A program made the position numbers and the translations under genes. DNA of 64,000 nt. Source: an uncultured Gemmatimonadales bacterium. GTDB taxonomy: Bacteria; Gemmatimonadota; Gemmatimonadetes; Gemmatimonadales; GWC2-71-9. The stretch is taken from assembly GCA_963748815.1 (NCBI GenBank), contig CAVVKJ010000005.1, positions 224,001-288,000 on the forward strand. The letters run 5' to 3'. The notes under the pieces are model-generated. The model was not told the origin of the DNA and ran no database searches. It saw only the letters and a program-made list of their open reading frames with translations. Position 1 is the stretch's first letter. Each line of letters begins with the position of its first letter. This document shows, piece by piece, positions 49,959-63,462 of the stretch.

Positions 49959-51518
49959 CTAGAACAATCCGAAGCCCACGATCGGTGCCGGCGCCGGCGG
50001 GGCCTCGTCGTCGCCACCCAGCTGGACCGGCTCGATGTCCAGGGAGGTGTCCTCCGGAATCTGCACCGCGTCCGCGCCGAGGGTCCGGAAGAGGCGCCAC
50101 TGCTCCTGGCGGGCCGTGTAGGAATACCCGCCGTTGTACATCAGCGTGACCACCAGCACGCCCTCCGGGCGGCCGAGGTAGCCGACCAGCGTGCTCACGT
50201 TGCCGAGCGTGCCGGTCTTGGCCCGGACCACGCCGCGCCCCGGCATCCCACCCAGGCGACCGAGCGTCCCTTCGCCGTTGGCGGGAAGGAGGAGGGGGAA
50301 GTTCTTCCCTTCGGGCGTCATCGGAAAGCGGGTGAGGTACGACACGAACACCGACGGCGCGATCCGGTCTTCCGTGGAGAGCCCGCTGCCGTCGACCAGG
50401 TGCACCTCGGTCGTGGTGGCACCCGTGATGGCCCGGACGTGCTCCATCAGCTTCTCTGCGGCGTTCGTGGCGCCGCCGGCCCAGCGAAGCAGCAGCTCCG
50501 CGCCGATGTTGAGGCTGCGGGTGTTGACCTCGGAAGCGAGCGAGTCGAGCGTCGGCGATTCGATCTGCGCCAGCACCGCGGTATTGACGGGCGGCGTGGA
50601 GGCGGACGCCAGCGCGAAGGTGTTGTCCCACTGAATCCCGGCGTCGGACAACGCCTTGCCCCAGACCGCGCGCAACACCGCCTCGGGGTTGTAGGCCACC
50701 GAGGTGAGGCGCCGCGCCCGCGCGCCGGTGCCGATATTGCCGGTCAGGACCCAGCCACCGTTGGCGGTGGAGGAGAGCCGGAGCGACGAGCGCCGGCCGG
50801 CGACGGTCCGGGCCTTGTTGGTGATGAGTTGGCTGACCCCGCGAGGCGACTCGCCGATGACGACCGGCCGGGAGCCCGACTTGGAGCCGGGCCGGACGGT
50901 GAACTCGACAGTGTTCTCGTGCAGGGAAATGGCGCCGATCGGGGGAGCGAAGAGGCGACCGCGATGCCGGCTGGCCCACACCGACGGGTAGGTCGCATCG
51001 GCAGGGCCGTTGGCGCTCTGGATCACGAGCGGGCCCTGCAGCCGCGTGATGCCGCGGGCGGCCAGCTGCTGTGCAAGATCGGAGAGCTGCGGGCCCTGCC
51101 GGGTGGCGCGCTCGAGCGAAAGGTCGCCGTTGAGCTCCAGCGCCCACGTCCCCATCCATTGCCCGGTGAACGGGTCCACGCTGCCGGTCCCGACCACCCG
51201 GGTGGCGACGCGGGCATTGCCGCCCAGTGTGCTGCGCGCGAATCCGGTGGTGAACAGCTTCACGGTCGAGGCGGGGAGAAGCGGACGATCCTCGGCCACG
51301 CTCCAGATGATGCGGCCGGTCTGGTCGGCGATGGCGATGCCCCATTCACCGGGTGCGCGGCGCTGCACGCGCTTGTACCAGGTGTCCAGGGCACGGCGCA
51401 CCTCGGCATCGCCCTGCGCCCCCGCCACGGCCGGCAACAGCGACAGCCCGCCCACCAGGGCGAGCAGGCCGAGCACGGCGCGAAGCGTTGGTCGAGGCGC
51501 GCAGAGGAAACGCGTCAC
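49959..51518 (-). CDS. dacB: D-Ala-D-Ala carboxypeptidase/endopeptidase, peptidase S13 (PBP4)
   Basis: PASTVK (SxxK), SLN (SxN), DGSGLS, AKTGTL (KTG); start uncertain. Confidence 0.88.
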   Translation of the reverse strand: MTRFLCAPRPTLRAVLGLLALVGGLSLLPAVAGAQGDAEVRRALDTWYKRVQRRAPGEWGIAIADQTGRIIWSVAEDRPLLPASTVKLFTTGFARSTLGGNARVATRVVGTGSVDPFTGQWMGTWALELNGDLSLERATRQGPQLSDLAQQLAARGITRLQGPLVIQSANGPADATYPSVWASRHRGRLFAPPIGAISLHENTVEFTVRPGSKSGSRPVVIGESPRGVSQLITNKARTVAGRRSSLRLSSTANGGWVLTGNIGTGARARRLTSVAYNPEAVLRAVWGKALSDAGIQWDNTFALASASTPPVNTAVLAQIESPTLDSLASEVNTRSLNIGAELLLRWAGGATNAAEKLMEHVRAITGATTTEVHLVDGSGLSTEDRIAPSVFVSYLTRFPMTPEGKNFPLLLPANGEGTLGRLGGMPGRGVVRAKTGTLGNVSTLVGYLGRPEGVLVVTLMYNGGYSYTARQEQWRLFRTLGADAVQIPEDTSLDIEPVQLGGDDEAPPAPAPIVGFGLF

Positions 51519-51666
51519 AGGGATACCGCCTGGTTGATGATTGGGGTCCGGCTGGGGGGCCGTCCACCAGAAGGGTAGAGCAAAGACCGTTCCCGGGGGC
51601 CAAAAGGGGGCCGGTCGCCGGCTCAGACAACGAGGCCTGCGGCAACCGCCGCAGGCCCACGTCTCA

Positions 51667-51696
51667 ATACTATGCGCCAAACCCTTGTGGCGTCAA
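51667..51696 (-). promoter_or_regulatory. Sigma70-like promoter for dacB
   Basis: Minus strand TTGACG-18 nt-TAGTAT in the intergenic gap. Confidence 0.45.
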
Positions 51697-51784
51697 GAGT
51701 TGCCTTGGTGTCCCGTCCCGCCCTGAAACGCCGGCCCCCCGATGGCCTTTTGGGGGGCCCAGGGACCGGGTCCGGGCCGCCCAG

Positions 51785-52948
51785 CTATTTCAGCATCAAC
51801 TTGGCAATCGTCTGAAGCTGCATATTGCTGGTCCCCTCGTAAATCGTGCCGATCTTTGCATCCCGATAGAACTTTTCGGCGGGGTATTCCTTCGAATAGC
51901 CGTACCCGCCGAAGAGCTCGAGGCATTGGGAGGTGATCCGGTCGGCGACTTGCGAGCTGAAGAGCTTGGCCATGGCGGCCTCGCGCAGGAACGGCTGTCC
52001 GGCGCACTTGATCCGCGCCGCGTTGTAGACCATCAGCTTGGCCGCTTCCAGCTCGGTGCCCATCTGGGCGAGCTGGAACTGGATGCCCTGGAACTCCGCG
52101 ATCGGCTTACCGAACTGCTTCCGTTCCTTCACGTAGGCGGTGGCCGCTTCGAGCGCGCCGGTCGCCACGCCGATCATCTGGGCGCCGATCCCGATCCGGC
52201 CCTCGTTCAGTGTCTCGATGGCGATCTTGTAGCCCACGCCGACGGGCCCGAGGACGTTCTCGTCCGGGACGATGCAGTTCTCGAGGATCAACTCCGTCGT
52301 GCTCGAGGCGCGGATGCCGAGCTTGTCTTCCTTCTTGCCGACCTTGAATCCCTCGAAGTCCCGCTCGATCAGGAACCCGGTGATGCCCTTGTAGCCCTTC
52401 GAGAAATCGGTGTTCGCGAAGACGATGAAGAGCTCCGCCTCGGCACCATTGGTGATCCAGAACTTCCGGCCCGTCAGCTCCCAGTGGTCGCCCTTCCGCT
52501 CCGCCTTCGTCTCGAGGGCGAAGGCGTCGCTGCCGCTCGCCGGCTCGGAGAGGGCGAAGGCGCCGAGCATCTCGCTCGCCATTCTCGGCAGGTACTTCGT
52601 GTGGAGTGCTGGCGATCCCCACCGCAGCACGCAGTTGTTGACCAGGGTGTTGTGGACGTCGACGTAGATGGCCGCCGAGGCGTCCACCCGGGCGAGCTCC
52701 TCGATGGCGAGGACGGCCAGGAAGATGTTTCCGCCGGCGCCCCCGAACCGTTCCGGAATCTCCACGCCCATCAATCCGAGCTCGAAGAACTTGGGGATGA
52801 TGTCCGGATTGAACTGGGCGCGGGCGTCCATGTCGTGGACGTGGGGTCGGATCTCGCTCTCGGCAAATTCGCGGACCGCGCTCCGGAACATCTCCTCTTC
52901 CTCGGTCAGGGTCGTGATCGGGAGGGGGGCGGTCGTCAGGTCAGTCAT
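51785..52948 (-). CDS. Acyl-CoA dehydrogenase (short/branched-chain type)
   Basis: AFALSEPASGSDA, GRKFWITNG, KLGIRASST, ERKQFGKPI, GGYGY, IYEGTSNMQ. Confidence 0.95.
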   Translation of the reverse strand: MTDLTTAPLPITTLTEEEEMFRSAVREFAESEIRPHVHDMDARAQFNPDIIPKFFELGLMGVEIPERFGGAGGNIFLAVLAIEELARVDASAAIYVDVHNTLVNNCVLRWGSPALHTKYLPRMASEMLGAFALSEPASGSDAFALETKAERKGDHWELTGRKFWITNGAEAELFIVFANTDFSKGYKGITGFLIERDFEGFKVGKKEDKLGIRASSTTELILENCIVPDENVLGPVGVGYKIAIETLNEGRIGIGAQMIGVATGALEAATAYVKERKQFGKPIAEFQGIQFQLAQMGTELEAAKLMVYNAARIKCAGQPFLREAAMAKLFSSQVADRITSQCLELFGGYGYSKEYPAEKFYRDAKIGTIYEGTSNMQLQTIAKLMLK

Positions 52949-53014
52949 GGGAGTCCTCCCCGCCTGGCGGGGGCTTTGGGTCGAGCGGGAAGATACCCGC
53001 GGACCCCGAAGCGT

Positions 53015-54847
53015 TCAACGCGGGCCGAGGACCTCCAGCACGACGGGCACCCGCCCAAGCGGCGCGGCGATCTGGACCCCCTGCACGCGCGGGCGGACCG
53101 CCTCGAGCAGTTCCCGGGCGATCTGCACCCCCTCCGCGAGTCCCGCCTCCCGTCCCGCCGCGCTCGCCACCCGCATCCGCTCCAGAATGGCGGGGGGCAC
53201 CGATACGCCGGGGACCTCGTTGGCCAGGAACTCCGCGTTGCGCAGCGACACGAGGGGCCAGATACCGGCGATGATCGGGATGTTGTGCTTCGAGGCACGG
53301 TCGAGAAACCGGTCCAGCTGGTCGAGGTCGAACACCGGCTGGGTGACGGCGTACTCGGCGCCGGCGTCCACCTTCCACGCCAGGCGCGACAGTTCGCGCT
53401 CCATGTCGGGCGCCGTCGGATTCGCGCCGACGCCGATCACAAACCTGGTGGGAGTCCCGATGGCGTTGCCGCCCGGGTCGAGTCCGTGGTTGAGCCGGGA
53501 GACGAGGTTGGTGAGCCCGATGGCGTCGATGTCGAAGACCGCGGTCGCATCGGGGTAGGGGCCCATCTTGGGCGGATCGCCGGTGATGATGAGCAGGTTG
53601 CGGAGCCCCGCGGCCGCGGCGCCGAGCAGGTCGGAGAGCATGCCGAGGAGGTTGCGGTCCCGGCAGGCGTAGTGGACCACCGCCTCGAGCCCGACTTCCC
53701 GTTCGATCATGAGACCGGAGAGGAGTGCGCCCATGCGGCTCTGCGCCCGGGGGCCGTCGGGCACGTTGACCGCGTCGACCCCGGCCGCCTTCAGCGCGCG
53801 TACCTGCGCGAACATCGGCGCGGGATCCACGCCCTTCGGTGGGACGATCTCCACGGTGGTCACGAACTCCCCGGCGGCCAGCTTTGCCCCGAGCCGCGAG
53901 CGTTCCGCGAGCGGCACGGCGGGGACGCCCTGGGCAGCCGCCGGCGCCGCGGCAATCGCCGAGGCATGCCTCGGCGAGACGCTCTGCACGAAGCCGACCA
54001 TCGCCTTGATGTGCTCCGGTGTCGTGCCGCAGCAGCCGCCGACGATCCGGGCGCCCGCCTCCACCATGCGCCGAGCATAGCCCGCCATGTACTCGGGCGA
54101 CGCCATGTACATCTTGCGCCCGCCGACGTCGCGCGGGAGACCGGCGTTGGGCATGGCGCTGAGCGGCAGGGTGACGACCTTGGCCAGGTGTTCGATGGCC
54201 TCGAGGACGCCATGCGGGCCGACGGAGCAATTGACCCCGATGACGTCCACGCCCATGGCGGCGATGGCGGGGCCGAAGGCGGAGGGGGCCGTCCCGTAGT
54301 AGGTGCGGCCGTCCTCCCCGACGGTCATCTGCGCGATGATGGGGAGGTCGGAAATGGCGCGGATGGCGTTGACCGCCGCGCGGAGCTCCTCGACGTCGCT
54401 GAAGGTCTCCAGCAGGAAGCCGTCCACCCCGCCCGCCAGCAGTCCGGCGGCCTGCCGCGCGAACGCCGCCTCCGCCTCCGCCACCGACGTTTCGCCGAAC
54501 GGTTCGATGCGGATGCCGAGCGGCCCGATGGCGCCGACTACACAGGCGCGGTCCCCGGCGGCTTCCCGCGCGAGGTGAGCCGCCGCCTCGTTGATGGCCT
54601 CCGTGTCGGCGGAGAGGCCGTGATGCGCCAGCTTGACGGGGTTGGCGCCGAAAGTGTTGGTCTCGATCAGTTCAGCGCCCGCCCGCACGTACTCCCGGTG
54701 CACGTCGCGGATGACGTCGGGCTGCCGCAGGTTGAGCTCGTCGTAACAGACGTTGAGGAACAGCCCCTTGCTGTAGAGCATCGTCCCCATCGCGCCGTCG
54801 GAGACATGCACGTGGCCGTCGGCCAGCAGTTGGCGCAGGTCAGGCAT
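53015..54847 (-). CDS. Bifunctional homocysteine S-methyltransferase / methylenetetrahydrofolate reductase (YitJ-like)
   Basis: [22 protein letters not shown]; then VEIVPPKG, HYACRDRN, ITGDPP, TQPVFD. Confidence 0.93.
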   Translation of the reverse strand: MPDLRQLLADGHVHVSDGAMGTMLYSKGLFLNVCYDELNLRQPDVIRDVHREYVRAGAELIETNTFGANPVKLAHHGLSADTEAINEAAAHLAREAAGDRACVVGAIGPLGIRIEPFGETSVAEAEAAFARQAAGLLAGGVDGFLLETFSDVEELRAAVNAIRAISDLPIIAQMTVGEDGRTYYGTAPSAFGPAIAAMGVDVIGVNCSVGPHGVLEAIEHLAKVVTLPLSAMPNAGLPRDVGGRKMYMASPEYMAGYARRMVEAGARIVGGCCGTTPEHIKAMVGFVQSVSPRHASAIAAAPAAAQGVPAVPLAERSRLGAKLAAGEFVTTVEIVPPKGVDPAPMFAQVRALKAAGVDAVNVPDGPRAQSRMGALLSGLMIEREVGLEAVVHYACRDRNLLGMLSDLLGAAAAGLRNLLIITGDPPKMGPYPDATAVFDIDAIGLTNLVSRLNHGLDPGGNAIGTPTRFVIGVGANPTAPDMERELSRLAWKVDAGAEYAVTQPVFDLDQLDRFLDRASKHNIPIIAGIWPLVSLRNAEFLANEVPGVSVPPAILERMRVASAAGREAGLAEGVQIARELLEAVRPRVQGVQIAAPLGRVPVVLEVLGPR

Positions 54848-54867
54848 TCGGCATCCTCCCGCGTGAC

Positions 54868-58581
<3,714 letters not shown>

Positions 58582-58599
58582 GCGGGGCTCCAACAACGA

Positions 58600-58626
58600 C
58601 GCCCGGAACCAAAACGGCTCCAGGCG
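58600..58626 (-). terminator. Hairpin between riboswitch aptamer and metH start (possible expression platform)
   Basis: Minus strand CGCCTGGAGCC-gtttt-GGTTCCGGGCG followed by TCGTTGTT. Confidence 0.55.
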
Positions 58627-58630
58627 AGCG

Positions 58631-58677
58631 TTTTAGCAGGTTGTTTAACGTGGCCGCAATATGCGCAAATCACCACG
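58631..58677 (-). ncRNA. SAM-II (SAM_alpha) riboswitch
   Basis: Minus strand CGTGGTGATTTG-CGCATA-TTGCGGCCACGTTAAACAACCTGCTAAAA: CGTGG/CCACG P1, GATTT, TTGC and GCTAAA match the SAM-II pattern; directly upstream of metH. Confidence 0.85.
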
Positions 58678-58699
58678 AATCGATTGGTCAGACCCCTGA

Positions 58700-58727
58700 A
58701 TTGTACCCGCCGGCCTCTCAATGGCAA
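58700..58727 (-). promoter_or_regulatory. Sigma70-like promoter for riboswitch-metH transcript
   Basis: Minus strand TTGCCA-16 nt-TACAAT about 22 nt upstream of the aptamer. Confidence 0.6.
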
Positions 58728-58735
58728 GGGTGGCA

Positions 58736-59032
58736 TCAGTCGGGTGGCAGCCCCATCGCAATCACCGCGGCGGCGCGCCCGACACCGCGGATGAGCACGG
58801 TCTTCTGGCGTCCCCCGTGCCCGGCGGTGATTTCCACCGCCCGGTTCGGCACGCCGAGCGTGGCGGCCAGGAAGCGGATCAGTTCCTCGTTGGCCGCGCC
58901 GTCCACCGGCGGCGCCGAGAGCCGGATCCGGACGGTGTCTCCGTGGATGCCTGCCACCTCGGTCCGGGAGGCGCGAGGCTGGATGCGGAGCCGGAGCCGC
59001 ACCCCGTCGTCGGTGCCCTCCACCGGATTCAT
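58736..59032 (-). CDS. DUF167 / YggU family protein
   Basis: RIQPRASR, SAPPVDGAANEELIRFLA, GHGGRQK. Confidence 0.9.
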   Translation of the reverse strand: MNPVEGTDDGVRLRLRIQPRASRTEVAGIHGDTVRIRLSAPPVDGAANEELIRFLAATLGVPNRAVEITAGHGGRQKTVLIRGVGRAAAVIAMGLPPD

Positions 59033-59601
59033 CGAAGGAGACCGAGCAGGAGCGAGCGCAGGAGGACGAGCGCGAGCCAGGCCACGAGCGGACTGAAGTC
59101 GATCATGCCCATCGGGGGCAGGACGCGGCGGATCGGGGCGACCAGCCACTCGGTGAGCAGGATGATGGGCCGAAATTGACGGTGGTAGATGCCGATGCCG
59201 AACCACGACGCCACGACCCGGATGATCAGCGCGGCGATCAACAGGGAAAAGACGCCGTTGATCAGGAACGCCGCCACGCCGCCCGCGCCGCTCCCGGCCG
59301 CCAGGCGGGCCCGGAACCAGAAGCTGACCAGCCAGTCGGCGAGTGCAATCAGCAGGAGCCCGCCGAGGATCGTGAAGCCGAACAGCCAGAGGGGCGCATC
59401 CTGGGGGTTGCGTCCGGCGCGGGCCAGCCGCGACTCGATGGGGCGGAGGATGGGGTCCGAGAACCGGCGCACCAGGCGGGGCCACGCCCCGAACGGGGCG
59501 ATGTGCCGGGCGCGCACCAGCCAGAAGGTCAGCGCCACGACGGTGGCGTAGATCAGGGCGACGACGCTGGCGCCGCGGGCCAGCAAGCCGATCAGGCCCA
59601 T
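59029..59601 (-). CDS. YggT family membrane protein
   Basis: SDPILRPI and TEWLVAPIRRVLPPMGMIDFSPLVA. Confidence 0.9.
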   Translation of the reverse strand: MGLIGLLARGASVVALIYATVVALTFWLVRARHIAPFGAWPRLVRRFSDPILRPIESRLARAGRNPQDAPLWLFGFTILGGLLLIALADWLVSFWFRARLAAGSGAGGVAAFLINGVFSLLIAALIIRVVASWFGIGIYHRQFRPIILLTEWLVAPIRRVLPPMGMIDFSPLVAWLALVLLRSLLLGLLR

Positions 59602-59608
59602 CGCGGGC

Positions 59609-60091
59609 TCACCGGCCGCTGGCCCGCTGCACCTTGTAGGGAGAGCTCCCGCCGTCGGAATCGGTGCAGGTCACGGTGAAGAGGCCGTCGTTGAGCGCCG
59701 ACTCCTCGAGGAGGTCCGTGGTGCCGCGACAGCTGGTCACGCGGTGGCCGAGCGGATTCCGGTACATCGCGAAGGCCATCGGCGGATTGGCGCGCGTGTC
59801 GATCTGTCGCGCGATGTTCGGCGTGAGGCTGTCGAGCCCGGCGGCGCGGAGCGAGGCCGGATACTTCCGCTGATTGGCGGCGGCGTAGGCCGCCAGGCGG
59901 TCGATGAGAAAGAACACGTCGCGGCCGAGGGCGGTCGCCTCGGCCTGGGCGGCGTCGCCGCTCGCCTGCGCGGGGCGGTTCGCCTGGGCCGGCGGCGCCG
60001 ACGCCTTGTCCTTGCCGCACGCGCCCCCGACTGCCACGAGGACGGCCAGCGCGGCTGCGCGGGTTGCCCCGCTATTCCATCGCGAATTCAC
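59609..60091 (-). CDS. Hypothetical lipoprotein
   Basis: Hydrophobic leader ending VGGAC; start uncertain. Confidence 0.6.
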   Translation of the reverse strand: MNSRWNSGATRAAALAVLVAVGGACGKDKASAPPAQANRPAQASGDAAQAEATALGRDVFFLIDRLAAYAAANQRKYPASLRAAGLDSLTPNIARQIDTRANPPMAFAMYRNPLGHRVTSCRGTTDLLEESALNDGLFTVTCTDSDGGSSPYKVQRASGR

Positions 60092-61046
60092 GATTGAACA
60101 CCACCTCGAACGTGAAGGTCTTGGCCCGGCTCCGGGTCTCGATCAGGTCGGCGATGCGGCGCAGGCGCTCGGGGACGGCCATGATGCGCTCCTGCGCCTT
60201 CCGGCCCATTTCGTTCAGCCCGTCGAGCTTCTCGATCTTCCAGAACGCGATCTGCTCCTGGACAATCTTGAGGTAGTCGCGGGGCCCGTAGATCCCGGCC
60301 CGCCGGATCACCTCGGCGAAGTCGCGGAAGCCGGGAATGGTGAGCCCGGGCATGTCGATGCCGGGGAGGATGTGCGACGCCGACTCGAGCCCGCCGTTCG
60401 GATCGCGCTTGAGCACCTCGGCGAACACCGCGCGATAGAAGGTGAAGTGGCGCGCCTCCTCCATGGCCACCTTTTCGAGCACGTCGCCGAGCTGCGGGTC
60501 ATACTCGGCCACGATCTTCCCGGTTTCGGCGTGCGACCGCTGCGTGGCCCGCTCCTGCACCGAGGTATAGACGAAGACGCGGTAGGGGTCCTTGTCCCAG
60601 TCGGGATTGAATCCGGCCCGCATGTACTCGAACTGGATCTCCTCGAGCTTCCGCTGGTCGAGGAGGCCGGTGTCGCGGACGTAATCGTGGAGCACCTGGC
60701 CGTGACGGTCCTCCTCGGCGGTCCACAAGTTGAGCCAGTCCCGCCAGTGGCTGTCCTCGCCGGCGTGCGCCGCGAACACCCGGTGGAAGTGCGGGAGCCC
60801 CTCCTCCGTGAGGAGGTTGAGCGCCACGGCGGCGCGGGCCGGCACGGGAATGCCGTCGGCACGGCTCCGGGCGCGTTTGAGGTGATCGTCCACCGACTCG
60901 TCGGGCCCCGGGCCGATCAGGTCGTGCGGGAACCACAGCGGACGCTTCGCCTCGTGCGCCGCCATCAGCTCGCGCACGGTGTCCTCGAAGTCCCGCAGGA
61001 CCTCGAATTTCGCGATGATGTCCCGCGCGGTGTCACGAATGGTCAT
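60072..61046 (-). CDS. Soluble acyl-ACP desaturase (diiron, DesA1/plant-type family)
   Basis: LLTEEGLP, WTAEEDRHG, QERATQRSH, EEARH, DMPG, IYGP. Confidence 0.9.
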   Translation of the reverse strand: MTIRDTARDIIAKFEVLRDFEDTVRELMAAHEAKRPLWFPHDLIGPGPDESVDDHLKRARSRADGIPVPARAAVALNLLTEEGLPHFHRVFAAHAGEDSHWRDWLNLWTAEEDRHGQVLHDYVRDTGLLDQRKLEEIQFEYMRAGFNPDWDKDPYRVFVYTSVQERATQRSHAETGKIVAEYDPQLGDVLEKVAMEEARHFTFYRAVFAEVLKRDPNGGLESASHILPGIDMPGLTIPGFRDFAEVIRRAGIYGPRDYLKIVQEQIAFWKIEKLDGLNEMGRKAQERIMAVPERLRRIADLIETRSRAKTFTFEVVFNREFAME

Positions 61047-61149
61047 GGAGTCCTCCGGGGCTGCCGACCCCGAACGAGTGAGAGCCGGTGCGGTCGCGCC
61101 GCTCCGGCTCTCTAAGCTAACGCCCTGCTGCTGCTACCGCATCACCTGC

Positions 61150-61578
61150 TCAGGAGGACGGCATCGCCTTTTCCATGAGGTACCAGCTGCGGCCGCCGAT
61201 GTACCCGGTGCGCTCCATCACGCGCTGCCACCCCATCGCGACGAGGAACGCCTCGGAACGGAGGTCGTCCGTCCAAAATTCGACCAGATGCGCGCCGTGG
61301 CTCGCCGCACGCTCCTCGAAGGCGCCGAGCAGCCGGTGGGCGTGTCCCTGGCGCCGTTCGGCCGGGGCCACCGCCACCTCGACGAGGTGGGCCACGCCCC
61401 CCTGCAGGGTGTAGCGCAGGCCGCCAACCCAATCGCCGATTTCGCTGGTGAGGACGAGGTAGCGGTCTTCGACGCGACTCGTCGTGCCCTCGGTTTCGTC
61501 CTCCTCGGTCAGGAGGTCCGAAAACCAGGCCGAAAACTCCTCGTCCTGTTCCATTTCACGGATCGTGATTTCACTCAT
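61150..61578 (-). CDS. GNAT N-acetyltransferase
   Basis: VAVAPAERRQGHAHRLL motif A; AFLVAMGW. Confidence 0.82.
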   Translation of the reverse strand: MSEITIREMEQDEEFSAWFSDLLTEEDETEGTTSRVEDRYLVLTSEIGDWVGGLRYTLQGGVAHLVEVAVAPAERRQGHAHRLLGAFEERAASHGAHLVEFWTDDLRSEAFLVAMGWQRVMERTGYIGGRSWYLMEKAMPSS

Positions 61579-61735
61579 CGGTCCGGATTCTCCCCGTAGC
61601 GGGTCGGGCGAGAGTGCCCACCCGCAAATGGTCGGTTGCAACTTGGGTGCCACCAGGCATCCATTGCCAGGGGGCAGCTGCGGGCAAATGCCCATCATAT
61701 ATAGATGTTACACCGAATGGCTGTGTTTCGTTCCG

Positions 61736-63103
61736 TCACGACAGCCCGGTGGCGACGGCCGCCGCCAGGGCCACGGTGGCCAGCAGGGTGAGCAGGAGCG
61801 CGATCGGCCCTGCAAATTTCCACCATTCCTCGAGCCGGACCCCGACGGCGGCGACCATGGCCAGGAGCGCCCCGTTGGTGGGATTGACGAGGTCCATGAG
61901 CCCCACGCCGAACTGGTAGGCCAGCACGGTCACCTGCCGCGACAGGCCGAGGAGGTCGGAGAGCGGCACGAGGAGCGGCATGGTGAGGACGGCCTGTCCG
62001 CTGGTGCTGGGCACCGGCAGGTGGAGGAGGCCGTGTGCGACCATCATGCCCAGCGCGGTCAGGGTGACGGGGAGCTCGGCGACCGGGGCGAAGAGTCCGC
62101 GCACCACCGTGTCCACGATGTGCCCCTGGTTCATCACCACGAAAATGGCGCGGGCAAACCCGATGATCATCGCCGCGTACGCCATCGACTTGAAGCCGTC
62201 CACGTACGCCTCGGCGGTCCCGTCCAGGCCGAGCTTGCCAACGAGTCCCACCACGACGCCCATCGCGAAGAAGAGCGCCGACATCTGGTCGAAATCCCAC
62301 TCCCAGCGCAGGACGCCGATCACGAAGAGCGCGAAGCTCCCGACGATCAAGAGGAGAATCGTCCGCATCCGCCAGCCGCTTGCGCCGGCGGCCGCCTCCT
62401 GGGCGGTCGTCGCGACGCCGGCGGTCCGGGTGCGGCTGGCGTAGCGCATCGTGTACCAGATGTAGAGGCCGAGCGCCGGCACCAGGCATGCGACGCGAAA
62501 TCCCGACCCACTGAGGAGGGGCAGGCCGGCCACCTTTTGCGCGATGCCGACCATGAAGGGGTTGATGGGACTGAAGGTGGCCCCGACGACGGCGGCGCCG
62601 ATGCTCATGGCGACGGCGGTCACCCGGTTGAAGCCGAGGCGCGCCACCAGGAGGACGAGAATCGGTGCGAAGGCGATCAGCTCTTCCTGCATCTGGATCA
62701 GGATGCCGCCGAGCGCGAACACCACGCAGGAGATCGGGATGACGAGGGTGTCGTGGCCACGCAATCGTTCCACGAGTCCGTCGAGCAGCGTCCCGAAGAC
62801 GCCGGTGCGCTCGACGACGGTCCAGGCGGCGCCGACCAGGAAGACGAGGAAGATGACGGAGGCGGCGTCGGCCATCCCCTTCGGGATGTCGACCAGGGCG
62901 TCGGTCAGGGAGACCGGTGCCGGGGCGACAGCGCGATAGGTGCCGGGGACCACCACCTGCCGACCGGTGGCCGGGTCCTCCTGGCGGTCGTACTCGCCGG
63001 CGGGAATCACCCAGGTCAGGGCCGCCGCCGCCAGCACGAAGCCGGTCAGCAACACCAGGGGATGCGGGAGGCGAAACCGCAACAGGTTCAAAGCGGCCGG
63101 CAC
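61736..63103 (-). CDS. YfcC-family (C4-dicarboxylate anaerobic carrier-like) membrane transporter
   Basis: LPHPLVLL, TWVIPAGEYDR, SPINPFMVGIAQ, VPSTSGQAVLTMP, AYQFG. Confidence 0.88.
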   Translation of the reverse strand: MPAALNLLRFRLPHPLVLLTGFVLAAAALTWVIPAGEYDRQEDPATGRQVVVPGTYRAVAPAPVSLTDALVDIPKGMADAASVIFLVFLVGAAWTVVERTGVFGTLLDGLVERLRGHDTLVIPISCVVFALGGILIQMQEELIAFAPILVLLVARLGFNRVTAVAMSIGAAVVGATFSPINPFMVGIAQKVAGLPLLSGSGFRVACLVPALGLYIWYTMRYASRTRTAGVATTAQEAAAGASGWRMRTILLLIVGSFALFVIGVLRWEWDFDQMSALFFAMGVVVGLVGKLGLDGTAEAYVDGFKSMAYAAMIIGFARAIFVVMNQGHIVDTVVRGLFAPVAELPVTLTALGMMVAHGLLHLPVPSTSGQAVLTMPLLVPLSDLLGLSRQVTVLAYQFGVGLMDLVNPTNGALLAMVAAVGVRLEEWWKFAGPIALLLTLLATVALAAAVATGLS

Positions 63104-63357
63104 GACTGCGCGACAGGAATCGCCTTGCCGCAGGCGATCGACTCATTCATCCCGGCGATGATGGGGCCGCAGGCCGTCGTCTGCGCCTGCTGCAGGGCGT
63201 CGGACTCTGAGGCCCCCGAGGCGGTCGCGGTGTTGCTGCGGCCGTTGTACTCGATGGTGACGGTGCACTCCACGTTCTGGCTGTTGAGCGTGGAGTAGAG
63301 GAGCATGGCGCCGAAGCCCACGGCGACGGCGATCGTGATCATGGTGCTGCGCTTCAT
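63088..63357 (-). CDS. Small exported hypothetical protein with four Cys
   Basis: MKRSTMITIAVAVGFGAMLLY leader; preceded by GGGGGA; 89 aa. Confidence 0.65.
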   Translation of the reverse strand: MKRSTMITIAVAVGFGAMLLYSTLNSQNVECTVTIEYNGRSNTATASGASESDALQQAQTTACGPIIAGMNESIACGKAIPVAQSCRPL

Positions 63358-63462
63358 GGGTCCCCCCGCGGGATCGAGTTGCCTTCAGAATACCCGCTCT
63401 CGGGTTCCGGCGTAACCGCGTCGCCTTGCTCCAGCCCCCGCGGGGCGGGTACCCTCCCCGTC

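Noticed and set aside
51733..51759. GGCCCCCC...GGGGGGCC hairpin as terminator of acyl-CoA dehydrogenase
   Set aside because: Low-complexity stem with large loop and no adjacent U-tract; insufficient support
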